Source: a bacterium (GTDB lineage: Bacteria; Patescibacteriota; Minisyncoccia; JBBINA01). Taken from it: 64,000 nt of DNA. Position 1 is the stretch's first letter. Every line of letters starts with the position of its first letter. Of this stretch, positions 25,199 to 35,727 are shown in pieces. The translations under genes and the position numbers were made by a program. Under the pieces are notes generated by a model that saw nothing but the letters and a program-made list of their open reading frames with translations, did no database searches and was not told the DNA's origin. The stretch spans positions 1,582-65,581 of the forward strand of contig JBBINA010000004.1 in NCBI GenBank assembly GCA_037444125.1. Direction: 5' to 3'.

Positions 25199-26330
25199 AT
25201 AAAGAGAAGTATAATTTTTTATATTCTTCAATCATTTTTTCTTGATGAAAGTTTGCTCTTATGAATCTAAAAGCTTCTTCTCCAATTTTTTTGCGCATTT
25301 TTTTGTCAAAAATTATTTTTAAAAGTTTTTGCGCTAAATCTTCAAAAGATCCTTTTTTAAATAGTAAGCCAGTTTTGCAATCAATTATTGCTTCTCTTAT
25401 TCCTTCAATATTAGAAGCAACTATAGCGCGATGCGATGCTCCAGCTTCAAGGCATACCACGCTCAATCCTTCCCAATTGCTTGATAAAATCATAACATCA
25501 GAAATATTAGTGATTAGCGGAATGTCTTTACGCCATCCTAAAAACTTCACATATTTTTCTAGATTCAGCTGTTTAGTCTTATCCTCAAGCTTTTTTCGCA
25601 ATGGTCCATCACCGACTATTAAAAGCTTTACGTTTGCTGCCTTAGGAACAATTAATTTTAAAGCATTTAAAATTGTTTCAAAATCTTTTGGTGGATGAAG
25701 TCTCCCAATAGCAGTTAAAATAGTTTTATTTTCTAAATTTAATTTTATTTTTAAATCTTGAGCCTTTTTTTTTGATATTTTATTAAAATTTGCTATTGAT
25801 ATGCCGTTTTTAATGACTCTTATTTTTTCAGGTGCAATTAGTTTATATTGCAAAACTAAATTTTTATCAGCTAAACTAACGCAAATCAAGATGTCTGTCC
25901 AGTGATTTAAAAACCTTTCTATTAAAATTAAAAACCATCGAAAAAAAAACCCTTTTCTTATTATGTGTAATCCATGCAAAGTATAAATAATCTTTGGTTT
26001 ATTTAATAGTGGTATAACTGCTAATCTTGTCCATAAGGCTGCCCTTGTTCCTTGAGTATGAAGAATGTCTAATTTATTTTTTTTCAAAAAGCTATAAAGG
26101 AATTTAAGGATAGAAAAAAAATTACTGTTCGAGGGTATTAAAATTTTTATATTTTTTTTCCTTCTTAAATTCGTTAAAGCCATCCCCTTTTCTGGAAAAA
26201 AAGAAAAAAACTCAAATAGGTTTTTATCTGATTCCATTGCTAAACTGTTGGAAATTGTATTTCCTCCGCCTAAATTTGCCGAAGGATTTATGATTAGTAT
26301 TTTGATTTTTTTATTTTTCCAGATGGCCAT
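25176..26330 (-). CDS. Glycosyltransferase family 4
   Basis: AIGRLHPPKDFETILNA...NWEGLSVVCLEAGASHRAIVASN. Confidence 0.8.
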   Translation of the reverse strand: MAIWKNKKIKILIINPSANLGGGNTISNSLAMESDKNLFEFFSFFPEKGMALTNLRRKKNIKILIPSNSNFFSILKFLYSFLKKNKLDILHTQGTRAALWTRLAVIPLLNKPKIIYTLHGLHIIRKGFFFRWFLILIERFLNHWTDILICVSLADKNLVLQYKLIAPEKIRVIKNGISIANFNKISKKKAQDLKIKLNLENKTILTAIGRLHPPKDFETILNALKLIVPKAANVKLLIVGDGPLRKKLEDKTKQLNLEKYVKFLGWRKDIPLITNISDVMILSSNWEGLSVVCLEAGASHRAIVASNIEGIREAIIDCKTGLLFKKGSFEDLAQKLLKIIFDKKMRKKIGEEAFRFIRANFHQEKMIEEYKKLYFSLYENSSNK

Positions 26331-27300
26331 ATAATTTTGAAAATGACTTTAAAATAGCTTTGGCAGTTAAGTATTCTTTTCGATATTTGAATAAAATGTA
26401 AAAAATAAGTTCTAATTTTTTCAGCAATATATTTTTAATAAGCCATAGCGTTTTCCAAATTAAAAAATAAATTTTTCGTCCGAAAAATGATAAGATATAA
26501 AGAAAAAGGGCCGCTTTGTTAAATTGTGTTTCAAGTGATTTTTTAAAGTATTTTCGGCCCTCTTTTAATTTACCACCAAGAATTGAATAGTTTCCAATTT
26601 TCAAAAATAAAAAAGATTCCCAATTTTTCATTTCACCTACTTCTTCTAGAAGTGAGATAAGTCTTTTTTTAAAAATTAGGCTTTTATTTTTGACATCATT
26701 GAGAAAATAAGTATTGCTTTTATTATGAACGAAACAAATAGTAGCTGGATACTCAAGAATTCCTATTTTCACCTTTTTAAATTTTCTTATTCTAATAGAG
26801 AAACCTAAATCTTGAAATATATCTTGCTCCTCTTTAAAATAACCAATTTCTTTAAATAATTTCTTGCGCAACATCCACGTGCTTACTGGGGCTCCCTTTA
26901 CATATTTAATGAATTTAAAGTCTTTAAGAAAAACATAAAAACTACTGCCGATACTCCAATCTAACTTGTTTCTTTCCAAATGATTAAATTTAATCTCAAG
27001 AAAATTAGGCAAATAAAGATCATCTGATTCTAAAATAGAAATAAAAGGGCTGATAGAATTTTGAATCCCGATATTTGTAGGAATGGTGGGCCCACCAGAA
27101 TTTTTTTCTAATTCTATAAGTTTGATTCGTTTATCTTTTTTTTGCAATTCTTTGACTATCTCTTTTGTTTTATCAGTTGAGGCATCATCTACCACTATAA
27201 CTTCGAAATCCTGAAACGTTTGATTAAGGACACTTTCAATAACTGGTCTTATAAAATTTTCTCTATTATATACTGGAATAATAACTGAGATTTTAGCCAT
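26311..27300 (-). CDS. Glycosyltransferase family 2
   Basis: KISVIIPVYNRENFIRPVIESVLNQTFQDFEVIVVDDASTDKT. Confidence 0.8.
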   Translation of the reverse strand: MAKISVIIPVYNRENFIRPVIESVLNQTFQDFEVIVVDDASTDKTKEIVKELQKKDKRIKLIELEKNSGGPTIPTNIGIQNSISPFISILESDDLYLPNFLEIKFNHLERNKLDWSIGSSFYVFLKDFKFIKYVKGAPVSTWMLRKKLFKEIGYFKEEQDIFQDLGFSIRIRKFKKVKIGILEYPATICFVHNKSNTYFLNDVKNKSLIFKKRLISLLEEVGEMKNWESFLFLKIGNYSILGGKLKEGRKYFKKSLETQFNKAALFLYILSFFGRKIYFLIWKTLWLIKNILLKKLELIFYILFKYRKEYLTAKAILKSFSKLYGHLEK

Positions 27301-27307
27301 CTTTGAA

Positions 27308-28564
27308 CTATTTAAAAAAATATTTTTGAAGCTTTAAAGAATTTTTTTTAGCATTATGATTTTTCAAGGCTATATTCCATGCGTTTGTTGTTAATTTCTC
27401 AATCAACTTTTTGTTCTTAATTAATTCTAAAATTGCTTCTTTCAATTTTTCAATATTTTCTTCATCTACGACTAAAGCAAAATTATATTTTTTTGCATAT
27501 TCAGCAATATAAGATCCTCTTGGCGCATGAATTATAATTGGTCTGCGAGAAACAAGATATTCATAGGTTTTACCGGGGCTAGAACTATAAATTAAAAGTG
27601 TATATTTTGTTTTAAAAGAAAGAGGGACAAATAAAATATGGGCGTTTTTTTGAACGTCTGGAATTTCAGATGGTAAGCATTCAGCAAAAATAATTTTTTC
27701 ACTTTCAAAAATTCCTAAATTATTTAGAAATTTTTTATCGTGTGGAGTATAAAGCCAGAGCTCAATTTTTGGACCTTTTATTTTGTTCACTGCTTCAATT
27801 AAATTTTTTATCGCATCTAATTGAGGCCAATAAATTGTTCCCGTAAAAACAATTTTATAAGGTTCTGAGTAATTTGCTGGTAGTGTTGGTTTTGATTTTG
27901 GTATAGATATCGAATTTCTAATTAAAATTATCTTTCGCTTGTATTTTTTTTGATAATACTCTTGAAGGACTTCTGACATCACAAAAATTTTTTTTGCTTT
28001 TTTAAAAAGTTTAGGTTCTAAAAAATAGGCTAAAATTTTATAAGCCAGCGGGAAATTATTTCCCCAATAAAGATCATAAAAATATAGATAAAATGGTAGT
28101 TTGGTTATTTTATTTAAAAGATAGGTTGAAAATAGAGCTGGTCCATAATCTGAATAAGCAAGCAAAATTTTAATTTTTTCTTCTTTGATAATTTTTTTAC
28201 CTCGTTTTACTATATTAAAAGGCAAATAAAAAAGAAAAAAAAATAGAGCCAAAGATTTTAAAAAAGAATTTTTTTTAACAAATTTTTTAAATTTTTGGAA
28301 AAAAGTTTCTTCTTTTTGGGAAACAGATGTTAATTTCGGAGTGTCAAAATAAAAATATTGTACCTTTAACCAATTTCCTTTCTCAATCACCTTATTGTCG
28401 ATTCCGAAATGGCTAGTTAAAATACAAAAAGAATTTTCGGGAAAATATTTCAAAAGATTATACATCATCAATGGCGTCCCAGAAATTGCCGGTGGAGCAT
28501 AAGAAGAAATAATCAGAAATTTTTCATTTGCCTCGCATTTTATAAATTTTAAACTTTCCACCAT
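27308..28564 (-). CDS. Glycosyltransferase, GT4-like
   Basis: N-terminal FLIISSYAPPAISGTPLMMYNLLKYF, typical of a GT4 N-domain, and a C-terminal Rossmann-like region. No strong EX7E motif seen. Confidence 0.55.
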   Translation of the reverse strand: MVESLKFIKCEANEKFLIISSYAPPAISGTPLMMYNLLKYFPENSFCILTSHFGIDNKVIEKGNWLKVQYFYFDTPKLTSVSQKEETFFQKFKKFVKKNSFLKSLALFFFLFYLPFNIVKRGKKIIKEEKIKILLAYSDYGPALFSTYLLNKITKLPFYLYFYDLYWGNNFPLAYKILAYFLEPKLFKKAKKIFVMSEVLQEYYQKKYKRKIILIRNSISIPKSKPTLPANYSEPYKIVFTGTIYWPQLDAIKNLIEAVNKIKGPKIELWLYTPHDKKFLNNLGIFESEKIIFAECLPSEIPDVQKNAHILFVPLSFKTKYTLLIYSSSPGKTYEYLVSRRPIIIHAPRGSYIAEYAKKYNFALVVDEENIEKLKEAILELIKNKKLIEKLTTNAWNIALKNHNAKKNSLKLQKYFFK

Positions 28565-28635
28565 ATTTTATCATCCTAATTATTAAGTTTTTTATTTTTT
28601 ATCTAGCTAGGTGGTTTAATAATTTTTTTAATAAT

Positions 28636-29349
28636 TTATTTTATAGTTTTTATATTTATTTTCTGACGATGATAAAAAAAATTTGAGGCTTCTTTTACAT
28701 CACAAAAAATATTATTTTGTTTAACGCTATGAGGTTCTATATTAGAAAGGTTTTTAAGTCCTTTTACTTCATAATTATAATTAGAAAATACTTCTTTTAC
28801 TCTGCTATCAGTAAACTCATAAAGATGCCAACCTCGAACCAAAGGAGTGCCTTCTGGTAGGCGGGGAAAAGTAACTATAATTTTTCCTTTATCTTTCAAA
28901 AGAGTGAACATTTTCGCGAGAATTTTTTTCGGCTTCCTATTATGCTCAAGAAACTCAATCATTAAGATCAGATCAAATTTTTCTTTTGTATGAAAATTAT
29001 CTACGCTTGATAAAATAAACTCTATATTTGGAGCATAATTATATCGCTGGCAATACCGAATTGCTTTTAAAGAGTGATCAAAAGCGACTACCTTAGAAGC
29101 TTTCTTGGCGACAATATAGGAACCAAATCCGCTACCACAACCGACATCAAGCACTCGATAATTTGGTTTTATGTAAGGCAAAACTAAATTATATAGAACC
29201 CAATGAGCAGCCGCCGTTGTCCCTTTAGGCGGATAATCGTCTCCAACCCAATAAATTCTTTCGCCTTGGTTCAAAGAATCATTAATAAAAATAGAGTACA
29301 ATAAAAGTTTGACTTTACGCGGTATTAATTTTTTGAGCAGAGAAATCAT
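28636..29349 (-). CDS. Class I SAM-dependent methyltransferase
   Basis: Motif I VLDVGCGSGFGSYIV. The track start at 29421 is TTG and lies inside a duplicated segment; the ATG is at 29349. Confidence 0.75.
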   Translation of the reverse strand: MISLLKKLIPRKVKLLLYSIFINDSLNQGERIYWVGDDYPPKGTTAAAHWVLYNLVLPYIKPNYRVLDVGCGSGFGSYIVAKKASKVVAFDHSLKAIRYCQRYNYAPNIEFILSSVDNFHTKEKFDLILMIEFLEHNRKPKKILAKMFTLLKDKGKIIVTFPRLPEGTPLVRGWHLYEFTDSRVKEVFSNYNYEVKGLKNLSNIEPHSVKQNNIFCDVKEASNFFYHRQKINIKTIK

Positions 29350-29398
29350 ATATTTTGGACATTTTATTTTAGCAGATGAATTTCTAACCTTGATTTTT

Positions 29399-29470
29399 AA
29401 TTGATTTCCCGTAATTTCCAACTCAAATTTTTTCTATTCGCCGATTTCATCTTTTGGGGAAGTCCTATTC
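29399..29470. repeat. Roughly 72-nt degenerate duplicate of the segment at 29700-29775 (the 3' part of the upstream hypothetical gene)
   Basis: ttgatttcccgtaatttccaactcaaattttttctattcgccgatttcatcttttggggaagtcctatt versus ttgatctcccttaatttccaacccaaatatttttctactcgctgactccatgctttggaaaagcctatt, about 75% identical. Confidence 0.5.
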
Positions 29471-29618
29471 CTCCGCATATTTTTTATCATACTTTCATTA
29501 TATCATAGTGTCTAAATCATACCCCGTTAGTTTTAAAGATGGTGTGAAGCAAAATACATTATTTTAACAATTTTTTTAAGTGGTAAGGGGATAAATCTTT
29601 TAAACGAAGCTGGCATTT

Positions 29619-30242
29619 TTAAATTTTACTTAATTTTTCTGTTTTTAGATAAGCATCATAGGTCCTTGTTTCTTCTAAATATTCATAAAAATTCTTCTTA
29701 TTGATCTCCCTTAATTTCCAACCCAAATATTTTTCTACTCGCTGACTCCATGCTTTGGAAAAGCCTATTTTTTGTTTAAGTTCTTTTATCTTATTTTTAT
29801 CTTCTTTTAAATTTTGGAGACGAAAATTATAATCGTTAATTTTAATAAACTCTATGGTTATTCGATCTATCATTTCACCAACACTGTAAACTATATCATC
29901 ACTTACCCAACTTTTTAGACGAATTTTTTGTTCACTTATAGAAGGATAGATCTTGTTAAGCAACCTGTTTATTGTTGCTTTTGTTTTAACGCGGCATTCT
30001 CCAGTAGTTCGTGCTTGCAATTCCATATCAGAAATTAACCGCGTATTGAGCTTGTTTTTTCTTCTCTCTTCTAATATTGTCATATTAGCTTGATAACATC
30101 GGAAATTGGCATTCGCTAATTCTTTTACTTCCTTTATTAATGCTTTTCTGATTTGATTAAACTTAGATTTGGGAAGATTTTTCGAAAAAATCTTGTCTAT
30201 TTTTTCGTATAGCGGATAAAAATTAATTTTTTGAAATATCAT
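29619..30242 (-). CDS. Hypothetical protein (207 aa)
   Basis: ORF with an ATG start and no recognisable motif. Its 3' region is the source copy of the duplicated segment. Confidence 0.5.
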   Translation of the reverse strand: MIFQKINFYPLYEKIDKIFSKNLPKSKFNQIRKALIKEVKELANANFRCYQANMTILEERRKNKLNTRLISDMELQARTTGECRVKTKATINRLLNKIYPSISEQKIRLKSWVSDDIVYSVGEMIDRITIEFIKINDYNFRLQNLKEDKNKIKELKQKIGFSKAWSQRVEKYLGWKLREINKKNFYEYLEETRTYDAYLKTEKLSKI

Positions 30243-30246
30243 TTTT

Positions 30247-31143
30247 TTAATAAATTATTTCTTTTTTAATAAAACCTAATTTTTTTAACAATTTCAAAAA
30301 TTTCACTTTTAACACTATTCTGTATCCCCATAAAGGTATTGGATCATACTTCATATGTTTAGCAAATTCTGGAGGCGTTGAAGTCTTGCCTCTTTCCCCG
30401 GCTTCATAGTGATAAACAATGCTATCAAGACTTAAAACAAACCTGAATCCTTTTTTGTGCGCTCTTCTGAAAAACTGAACATCTGGCGTACCATTCCTTA
30501 ATGTTAATTCCCAAGGACATGCCTTTTTCCACATTTCATGGTGAAACAAATAAGGGAAACCAGCATAAAAAAAGTAATCGTCATATGGAGAAGTTGTATT
30601 TTCTTCCATCACATAATTTGGTTGAATGATTTTTGCGCAGAAATTTTCCCACCTTTCCTGGTTAAATTTTCCATACACTGGAAAACCAAAATCAGCTTCA
30701 TAAGCTCTTGGATTAATTGTTTTTGGCATAACAGAAACTGAACCAATAAGAATATTGGGGGCGCAATGTTTTGCCAAGTTTATCAACCAATTTTTATAAA
30801 AAGCTTGATCTGTATTTACCAAACCAGCATATTTATTAAGCTCAAAACCTTTCTCAAATCCCTCATTTATCATTGCTCGTAAGTTAGGAACATATCCTAT
30901 GTTTGGAATTGTGTTATGGTTCAATCTATGAATTTTTAATCTGGGGTATTTATTAAGATACTTAATGCTTAAAGAATTAATATAATCGTCTACAGCTTTA
31001 GTGGTGTGCCAACAGACAATAATATAATCAAAATTATCAGTACCCGCGTTTTCTATTAATTGTTCACTGCTGAATCTAAGCATTTCTAGTGCTCGACTTA
31101 CACAGTTTATTATACTTACTCTTGGGTAGGTATTTATTGCCAT
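30247..31143 (-). CDS. Hypothetical protein in the glycan locus (possible GT-A-like transferase)
   Basis: ORF with DNFDYIIV (a DxD-like string). Family not recognised. Confidence 0.4.
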   Translation of the reverse strand: MAINTYPRVSIINCVSRALEMLRFSSEQLIENAGTDNFDYIIVCWHTTKAVDDYINSLSIKYLNKYPRLKIHRLNHNTIPNIGYVPNLRAMINEGFEKGFELNKYAGLVNTDQAFYKNWLINLAKHCAPNILIGSVSVMPKTINPRAYEADFGFPVYGKFNQERWENFCAKIIQPNYVMEENTTSPYDDYFFYAGFPYLFHHEMWKKACPWELTLRNGTPDVQFFRRAHKKGFRFVLSLDSIVYHYEAGERGKTSTPPEFAKHMKYDPIPLWGYRIVLKVKFLKLLKKLGFIKKEIIY

Positions 31144-31144
31144 C

Positions 31145-32125
31145 TTAATTAGAAAATTTTTGAAAATCTTGCAAATTTATTTTAAAGCCATCGCGGATTG
31201 CTGTAAACAATATTTTTATGCGTTTAATTTTATTATTATCAAATAAAAATATTCCAATAAACATTTTTATTAATTGAATTATAAGTCCAACAAAAAATTT
31301 AAAACGGTTTGTACTGTATAATCTCCCAATGTAAATTAAATTTCGATACGCGTAGTAATATCTATGAAAATTTTCTATCGGAACAATTTGATATTTTTTA
31401 AATAATAATTTCCTAAAATTTAAATTTGAACCTAAATTATTATGTATTACTATACTATCAGGTATTAAAAATATTCTACCATAGCGCGATAAACGAATAC
31501 ACCATTCAACATCGTCACCGTAGACAAAAAGTTTCTTATTTATTATGCCGGCAGATTTAATTAGATCAGAAGATAACAATAATCCGATTGAAGCGGCAAA
31601 ATTAATTTCTATATATTTATTGTTTTTATACAATTCCGGTTTGATTGGTTTAAATGGCAAGGGCCAAAAATTATCTAAATCTAAAATTCCTCTGTTTAAC
31701 ATAGGCATACTATGATTAATAATTGCAGAAGCAAGCCCCAAAACATTATTTTTTTTAAAAGAGAACCAATTAGATAATTTTTCTAAAGCATCTGGCTGTG
31801 CCAAAGCGTCATCGTCCATTAACCAAATCCAATCGAATTTTTCTTGAAGTGCTTTTTTTATGCCCGTATAAAATGCACCTGCACTTCCTAAATTTTCTTT
31901 TAATTTGATAATTTCAATTTTTGAATTATTGCTATAATTTTTTTCTAAGAAATAAATGGTTCCATTAGTTGAATGATTATCTACAATAAAAATTTTATCT
32001 ACTTCCTTAGTTTGTCGAAGAAGACTTTGAATACATTGTTTAAGCAATAATTTGCGATTAAAAGAGCATATTACTACCGCAATGCGATATTTTTTTGATT
32101 GATTATCGTTTTGTTTTATATCCAT
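31145..32125 (-). CDS. Glycosyltransferase family 2
   Basis: YRIAVVICSFNRKLLLKQCIQSLLRQT...IFIVDNHSTNGT, WLMDDDA. Confidence 0.8.
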   Translation of the reverse strand: MDIKQNDNQSKKYRIAVVICSFNRKLLLKQCIQSLLRQTKEVDKIFIVDNHSTNGTIYFLEKNYSNNSKIEIIKLKENLGSAGAFYTGIKKALQEKFDWIWLMDDDALAQPDALEKLSNWFSFKKNNVLGLASAIINHSMPMLNRGILDLDNFWPLPFKPIKPELYKNNKYIEINFAASIGLLLSSDLIKSAGIINKKLFVYGDDVEWCIRLSRYGRIFLIPDSIVIHNNLGSNLNFRKLLFKKYQIVPIENFHRYYYAYRNLIYIGRLYSTNRFKFFVGLIIQLIKMFIGIFLFDNNKIKRIKILFTAIRDGFKINLQDFQKFSN

Positions 32126-32169
32126 TTTTTAATTGATTTATATCCAAAACAATTTCGCAAATTACTTTA

Positions 32170-33384
32170 TTAATTCCCATAGGCTTCTTGAGTAAATTTA
32201 TTTTTTTTAAGAAAAGCAAAATTTCTTGATTTTTTTAAAAAACCACTTTCAATTTTCTGAACCAAATCCTTATAAATCCGTTCGCTGGGGCTTCCCCCTT
32301 GGGGATTTAAAATGTTTCTGTCCCAATTAGTTTTCATTTTTATAGCTTTTTTCATTGCTTCATATAAAGTTTTTTTGCCTTCAAATCCTTCTAAAATTGT
32401 GGCCTTAGCCCAGATTGTTTCTGGTCTTTCGGTTGAGCGACGAGTAACGACGCATGGTGTTCCTAAAATCAATGTTTCTTCTTGAACTGTTCCGCTATCT
32501 GAGACAACTAATTTGGCGGTTTTTTCTAATTTCAAAAAATCTAAAAATCCTAAGGGTTCTGTTTTGATAAAAATTGGGTTACTTAAAATACGGCCTAATT
32601 TAAATTTTTTTATTGCTTCTTTTGTTTTTGGCATCAAAGGAAAGACAATTGGTAATTTGTAATTTTTGCCGAAATTTAACAAATCAAAAATTTTGTTTTT
32701 AAAAATTTCTTTGTCTTTAGTGTTCTCTTCTCGATGTAGAGTAACTAAAATAAATTTTTTTTCTTTTAAGCCTAATTTTTCTAAAATTTTCCTTTCATCA
32801 GTTTTTTTAATAAACTCATTAATAGCGTCAACAATAATATTTCCTACCACTTTAATTCTGAAATTATCAATCCCTTCTGATAATAAAATTTCTTTATAAC
32901 GATTAAGATAGCAATAAATTACATCTGAAAGATGATCTATTACAATTCTGTTTTTTTCTTCTGGCATTCGCCAATCATAACTTCTACCTCCTCCCTCAAT
33001 ATGAATTACAGGAATGTTATTTTTAGCTACAACAATAGAAGTGGTAATAGTATTTGTATCACCTAAAAAAATAACCGCATCTGGCTTTATTTTTTTTAAC
33101 AATTCATCTACTTTTTGAAATAAAATGGCTGATTGATAGGCCTGAGTAGTTTTACCTTTCTTTTTTAAAATTTTGCCAATGTTTAAATTAATATCTGGTT
33201 TTCTAATGCCGAGTTCTTTATAAAAAATTTCATCCAATTTATAATCAAAATGTTGGCCGGAGTGGATAAAGACATGTTCAAAATTGTATTTTTTTCGCCC
33301 TTCATCTAACAATCTAATCAATTTATGAAGTCGAATTAAGTCTGGTCTTATGCCTAAAAGAGTAATCAATTTAAATTTTTTCAT
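32170..33384 (-). CDS. wecB: UDP-N-acetylglucosamine 2-epimerase (non-hydrolysing)
   Basis: ITLLGIRPDLIRL...IHSGQHFDYKLDEIF...VIFLGDTNT...HIEGGGRS. Confidence 0.85.
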   Translation of the reverse strand: MKKFKLITLLGIRPDLIRLHKLIRLLDEGRKKYNFEHVFIHSGQHFDYKLDEIFYKELGIRKPDINLNIGKILKKKGKTTQAYQSAILFQKVDELLKKIKPDAVIFLGDTNTITTSIVVAKNNIPVIHIEGGGRSYDWRMPEEKNRIVIDHLSDVIYCYLNRYKEILLSEGIDNFRIKVVGNIIVDAINEFIKKTDERKILEKLGLKEKKFILVTLHREENTKDKEIFKNKIFDLLNFGKNYKLPIVFPLMPKTKEAIKKFKLGRILSNPIFIKTEPLGFLDFLKLEKTAKLVVSDSGTVQEETLILGTPCVVTRRSTERPETIWAKATILEGFEGKKTLYEAMKKAIKMKTNWDRNILNPQGGSPSERIYKDLVQKIESGFLKKSRNFAFLKKNKFTQEAYGN

Positions 33385-33407
33385 AGGAAAATTAATGTGA
33401 ATATTTA

Positions 33408-34313
33408 TTAAAGTTCAGCTAACATTTCGTCAAAGGATGGAATTTGAAGCTGGGAGCAAAGAGAATTGACGGTTGTAAGAGTACGATTAAGCATTGTAGA
33501 GTCGTCGGGTATTATTTGACAATCAATATTATATTTCTTTTTAAACTTTAAGAGCATTTCGTATTTTGAAAGAGTGTTGGAATAAATATGAAAAATACCT
33601 GATTTTGGGAATTTACTGCGATTTTCGAATATCTTCTCACATATTTTTGCAAATTGTTTAGTGGTGATACCATTCCAGAAATGTTTAGTAAAGCCTCGAA
33701 TTGTCTTACCTTTTTGTTGCAAAAACCATTCTAAAAGGCCGGTAAAACCTTCAAGCTCTCTGCCAATAATTGAAGTCCTAAGAGTTAAGCAATTAGTTGG
33801 CTCGCCCAAACTTTTAGAAAGCCCATAAAGATCGACTGGTGTTTTAGGCGAGTTTTCATCGTATGGATAACCTTCTTTACCGTTATAGACGCAATCAGTT
33901 GTAGTATGGATTAATTTGGAACCAAAAAAATCCGCCAAAATATGCGGAAAGGCGCCGTTAATAAACAAAGTAAGAGCTGGATTTTCTAAAGAATATGGGA
34001 TTGTTATACCAATAGCGTTTATTACGTAATCAACATTACCGATTTTTTCTAAAAAATTAGTAAAATATTCCCCTTGACAGCCTTTTTTAATTAAAAAATC
34101 TTGATATAGCTTATCCGTGTCAAATTCAATAACTTTATGATTTTTTGTGTCGCCGTAAGCTTTTTCAAGAAGCTTAACTTTTTTTAAATCTCTTACTGTT
34201 AAAATTAAGTTATATTTTTCTTTAAGAATATTGTAAACAGCGTTTCCTAACATTCCAGTGACGCCGAGTATAGCAACTAATTTTTTTTTGCTGTTTTGCT
34301 TAATTTTTGACAT
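33408..34313 (-). CDS. NAD(P)-dependent sugar-nucleotide reductase/epimerase (RmlD-like)
   Basis: Rossmann LVAILGVTGMLGNAVYNIL. The length and context fit RmlD-type enzymes. Confidence 0.65.
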   Translation of the reverse strand: MSKIKQNSKKKLVAILGVTGMLGNAVYNILKEKYNLILTVRDLKKVKLLEKAYGDTKNHKVIEFDTDKLYQDFLIKKGCQGEYFTNFLEKIGNVDYVINAIGITIPYSLENPALTLFINGAFPHILADFFGSKLIHTTTDCVYNGKEGYPYDENSPKTPVDLYGLSKSLGEPTNCLTLRTSIIGRELEGFTGLLEWFLQQKGKTIRGFTKHFWNGITTKQFAKICEKIFENRSKFPKSGIFHIYSNTLSKYEMLLKFKKKYNIDCQIIPDDSTMLNRTLTTVNSLCSQLQIPSFDEMLAEL

Positions 34314-34318
34314 TTTTG

Positions 34319-34774
34319 TTACCTAGGTTTTACTGACCAATAGTCGCCCCATTTGTATGGATCAAAACGTTTGTCATCTTGTAAAGATTCTTGCGTTGAT
34401 AAGTTTGAGGCGCATAAAAGAATTGTATTATTTTCTAAGGACATCCAGCCGTTGGCGTAGCAAGGCGGTACGATTATAAGGTTATTTTTGCGTGAAGAGC
34501 TAACATAGGTGTAAATTTCTTGGGGTTTTTTAGGATTTAAAATAACGAATTTAGCGGCTCCAGCAACAATTACGAAAAATTTCCATTCCTTTTTATGATA
34601 ATGAAAACCCCTAATAGTGCCCTTACTGTGATTGACAACATAATAAATTCTCTGGATTTGGCCAATTTGAGAATTTATTTTTTTAAGATTGTCCAAAATA
34701 GGTGCAAATATTCCTCTATCATCGGCAAAGACTTGATATTCAAAAGTGGTTGGTCTTTTAGTTAAATTGTCCAT
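34319..34774 (-). CDS. Cupin-fold dTDP-sugar epimerase/isomerase (RmlC/FdtA-like)
   Basis: RGFHYH and PPCYANGWMSLENNT motifs. Confidence 0.6.
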   Translation of the reverse strand: MDNLTKRPTTFEYQVFADDRGIFAPILDNLKKINSQIGQIQRIYYVVNHSKGTIRGFHYHKKEWKFFVIVAGAAKFVILNPKKPQEIYTYVSSSRKNNLIIVPPCYANGWMSLENNTILLCASNLSTQESLQDDKRFDPYKWGDYWSVKPR

Positions 34775-35714
34775 TTTTCATTAGGTTAGAGATATGACGT
34801 TCATTAAAATAGATGTCATTTTCTGTGTATTTTATGCGGCCGCTTTTAATTAAATCAGCGACTTCTTTTATTCCGCCTTCAATAGTTATGCATTCGTAGG
34901 GATTAAAAATTTTTGCCTTTTTCGCTTTCTTTACGCTGACATGATAATTTCTTTCGTCTTCGAATTTTTGAGCGGTGTACTTTATTTTACAAGCGGTTAT
35001 TTGGCTTACTTTTTTTGCTAATTCTTTAATTTGAATATTGGTTGAGGCTAAATTGAAAATTCCTGTAATTGGTTTGTCAAGGTTGTCTACCATAATTTTT
35101 CCTATATCTTTTACATGTATTAGGGGTCTCCATTGGTTTCCGCCGAAGACAGTAAGGAATCCTTTGGTTAAGGCATTAGCGGTCATATAGTTAACCACAA
35201 GATCCATTCTTAAGCGAGAAAAATAATCAGACAACCCGAAGGCTGTGCCAAGGCGTAAAATTAAGGCATTTTTCTTTTTTAAAAATTTTTCCGCGGCAAG
35301 TTTGGTTTTAGCATAAAGCGAGAGAGGGTTAAGGGGGGCGTTTTCATCTAATAAAGCGTTGTGTTTTCCATAAACAGAACAGGTGGAGGCAAAAATAATG
35401 CGTCCTTTAAAATTTTCGGCTAGCCATTTTACTGATTCTTGATTGATAGCCACGGTTAAAGGCGGGTTGATTTGACAGGCGGCGTCGCCTACTATTGCTG
35501 CTAACCAAATAATATGGGAATATTTTGGTAGTAATTTTTTTAGCTTATTTTTGTCCCTTATGTCTCCGAAAATAAATTCTGAGGGTTTTAGGTATTGATG
35601 TTCGTAGAGGAGACTATCATAAACCGTGAACTTGATTTTATTTTTTATTAAAAAATCTGTTACTGCACCGCCTATATAGCCGGCTCCACCTGCTACTAAG
35701 ACTTTTTTAATCAT
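34758..35714 (-). CDS. NAD-dependent epimerase/dehydratase (SDR, GalE-like)
   Basis: VLVAGGAGYIGGAV and YAKTKLAAE (YxxxK). Confidence 0.75.
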   Translation of the reverse strand: MIKKVLVAGGAGYIGGAVTDFLIKNKIKFTVYDSLLYEHQYLKPSEFIFGDIRDKNKLKKLLPKYSHIIWLAAIVGDAACQINPPLTVAINQESVKWLAENFKGRIIFASTCSVYGKHNALLDENAPLNPLSLYAKTKLAAEKFLKKKNALILRLGTAFGLSDYFSRLRMDLVVNYMTANALTKGFLTVFGGNQWRPLIHVKDIGKIMVDNLDKPITGIFNLASTNIQIKELAKKVSQITACKIKYTAQKFEDERNYHVSVKKAKKAKIFNPYECITIEGGIKEVADLIKSGRIKYTENDIYFNERHISNLMKNGQFN

Positions 35715-35727
35715 AATTGATTTAGGA

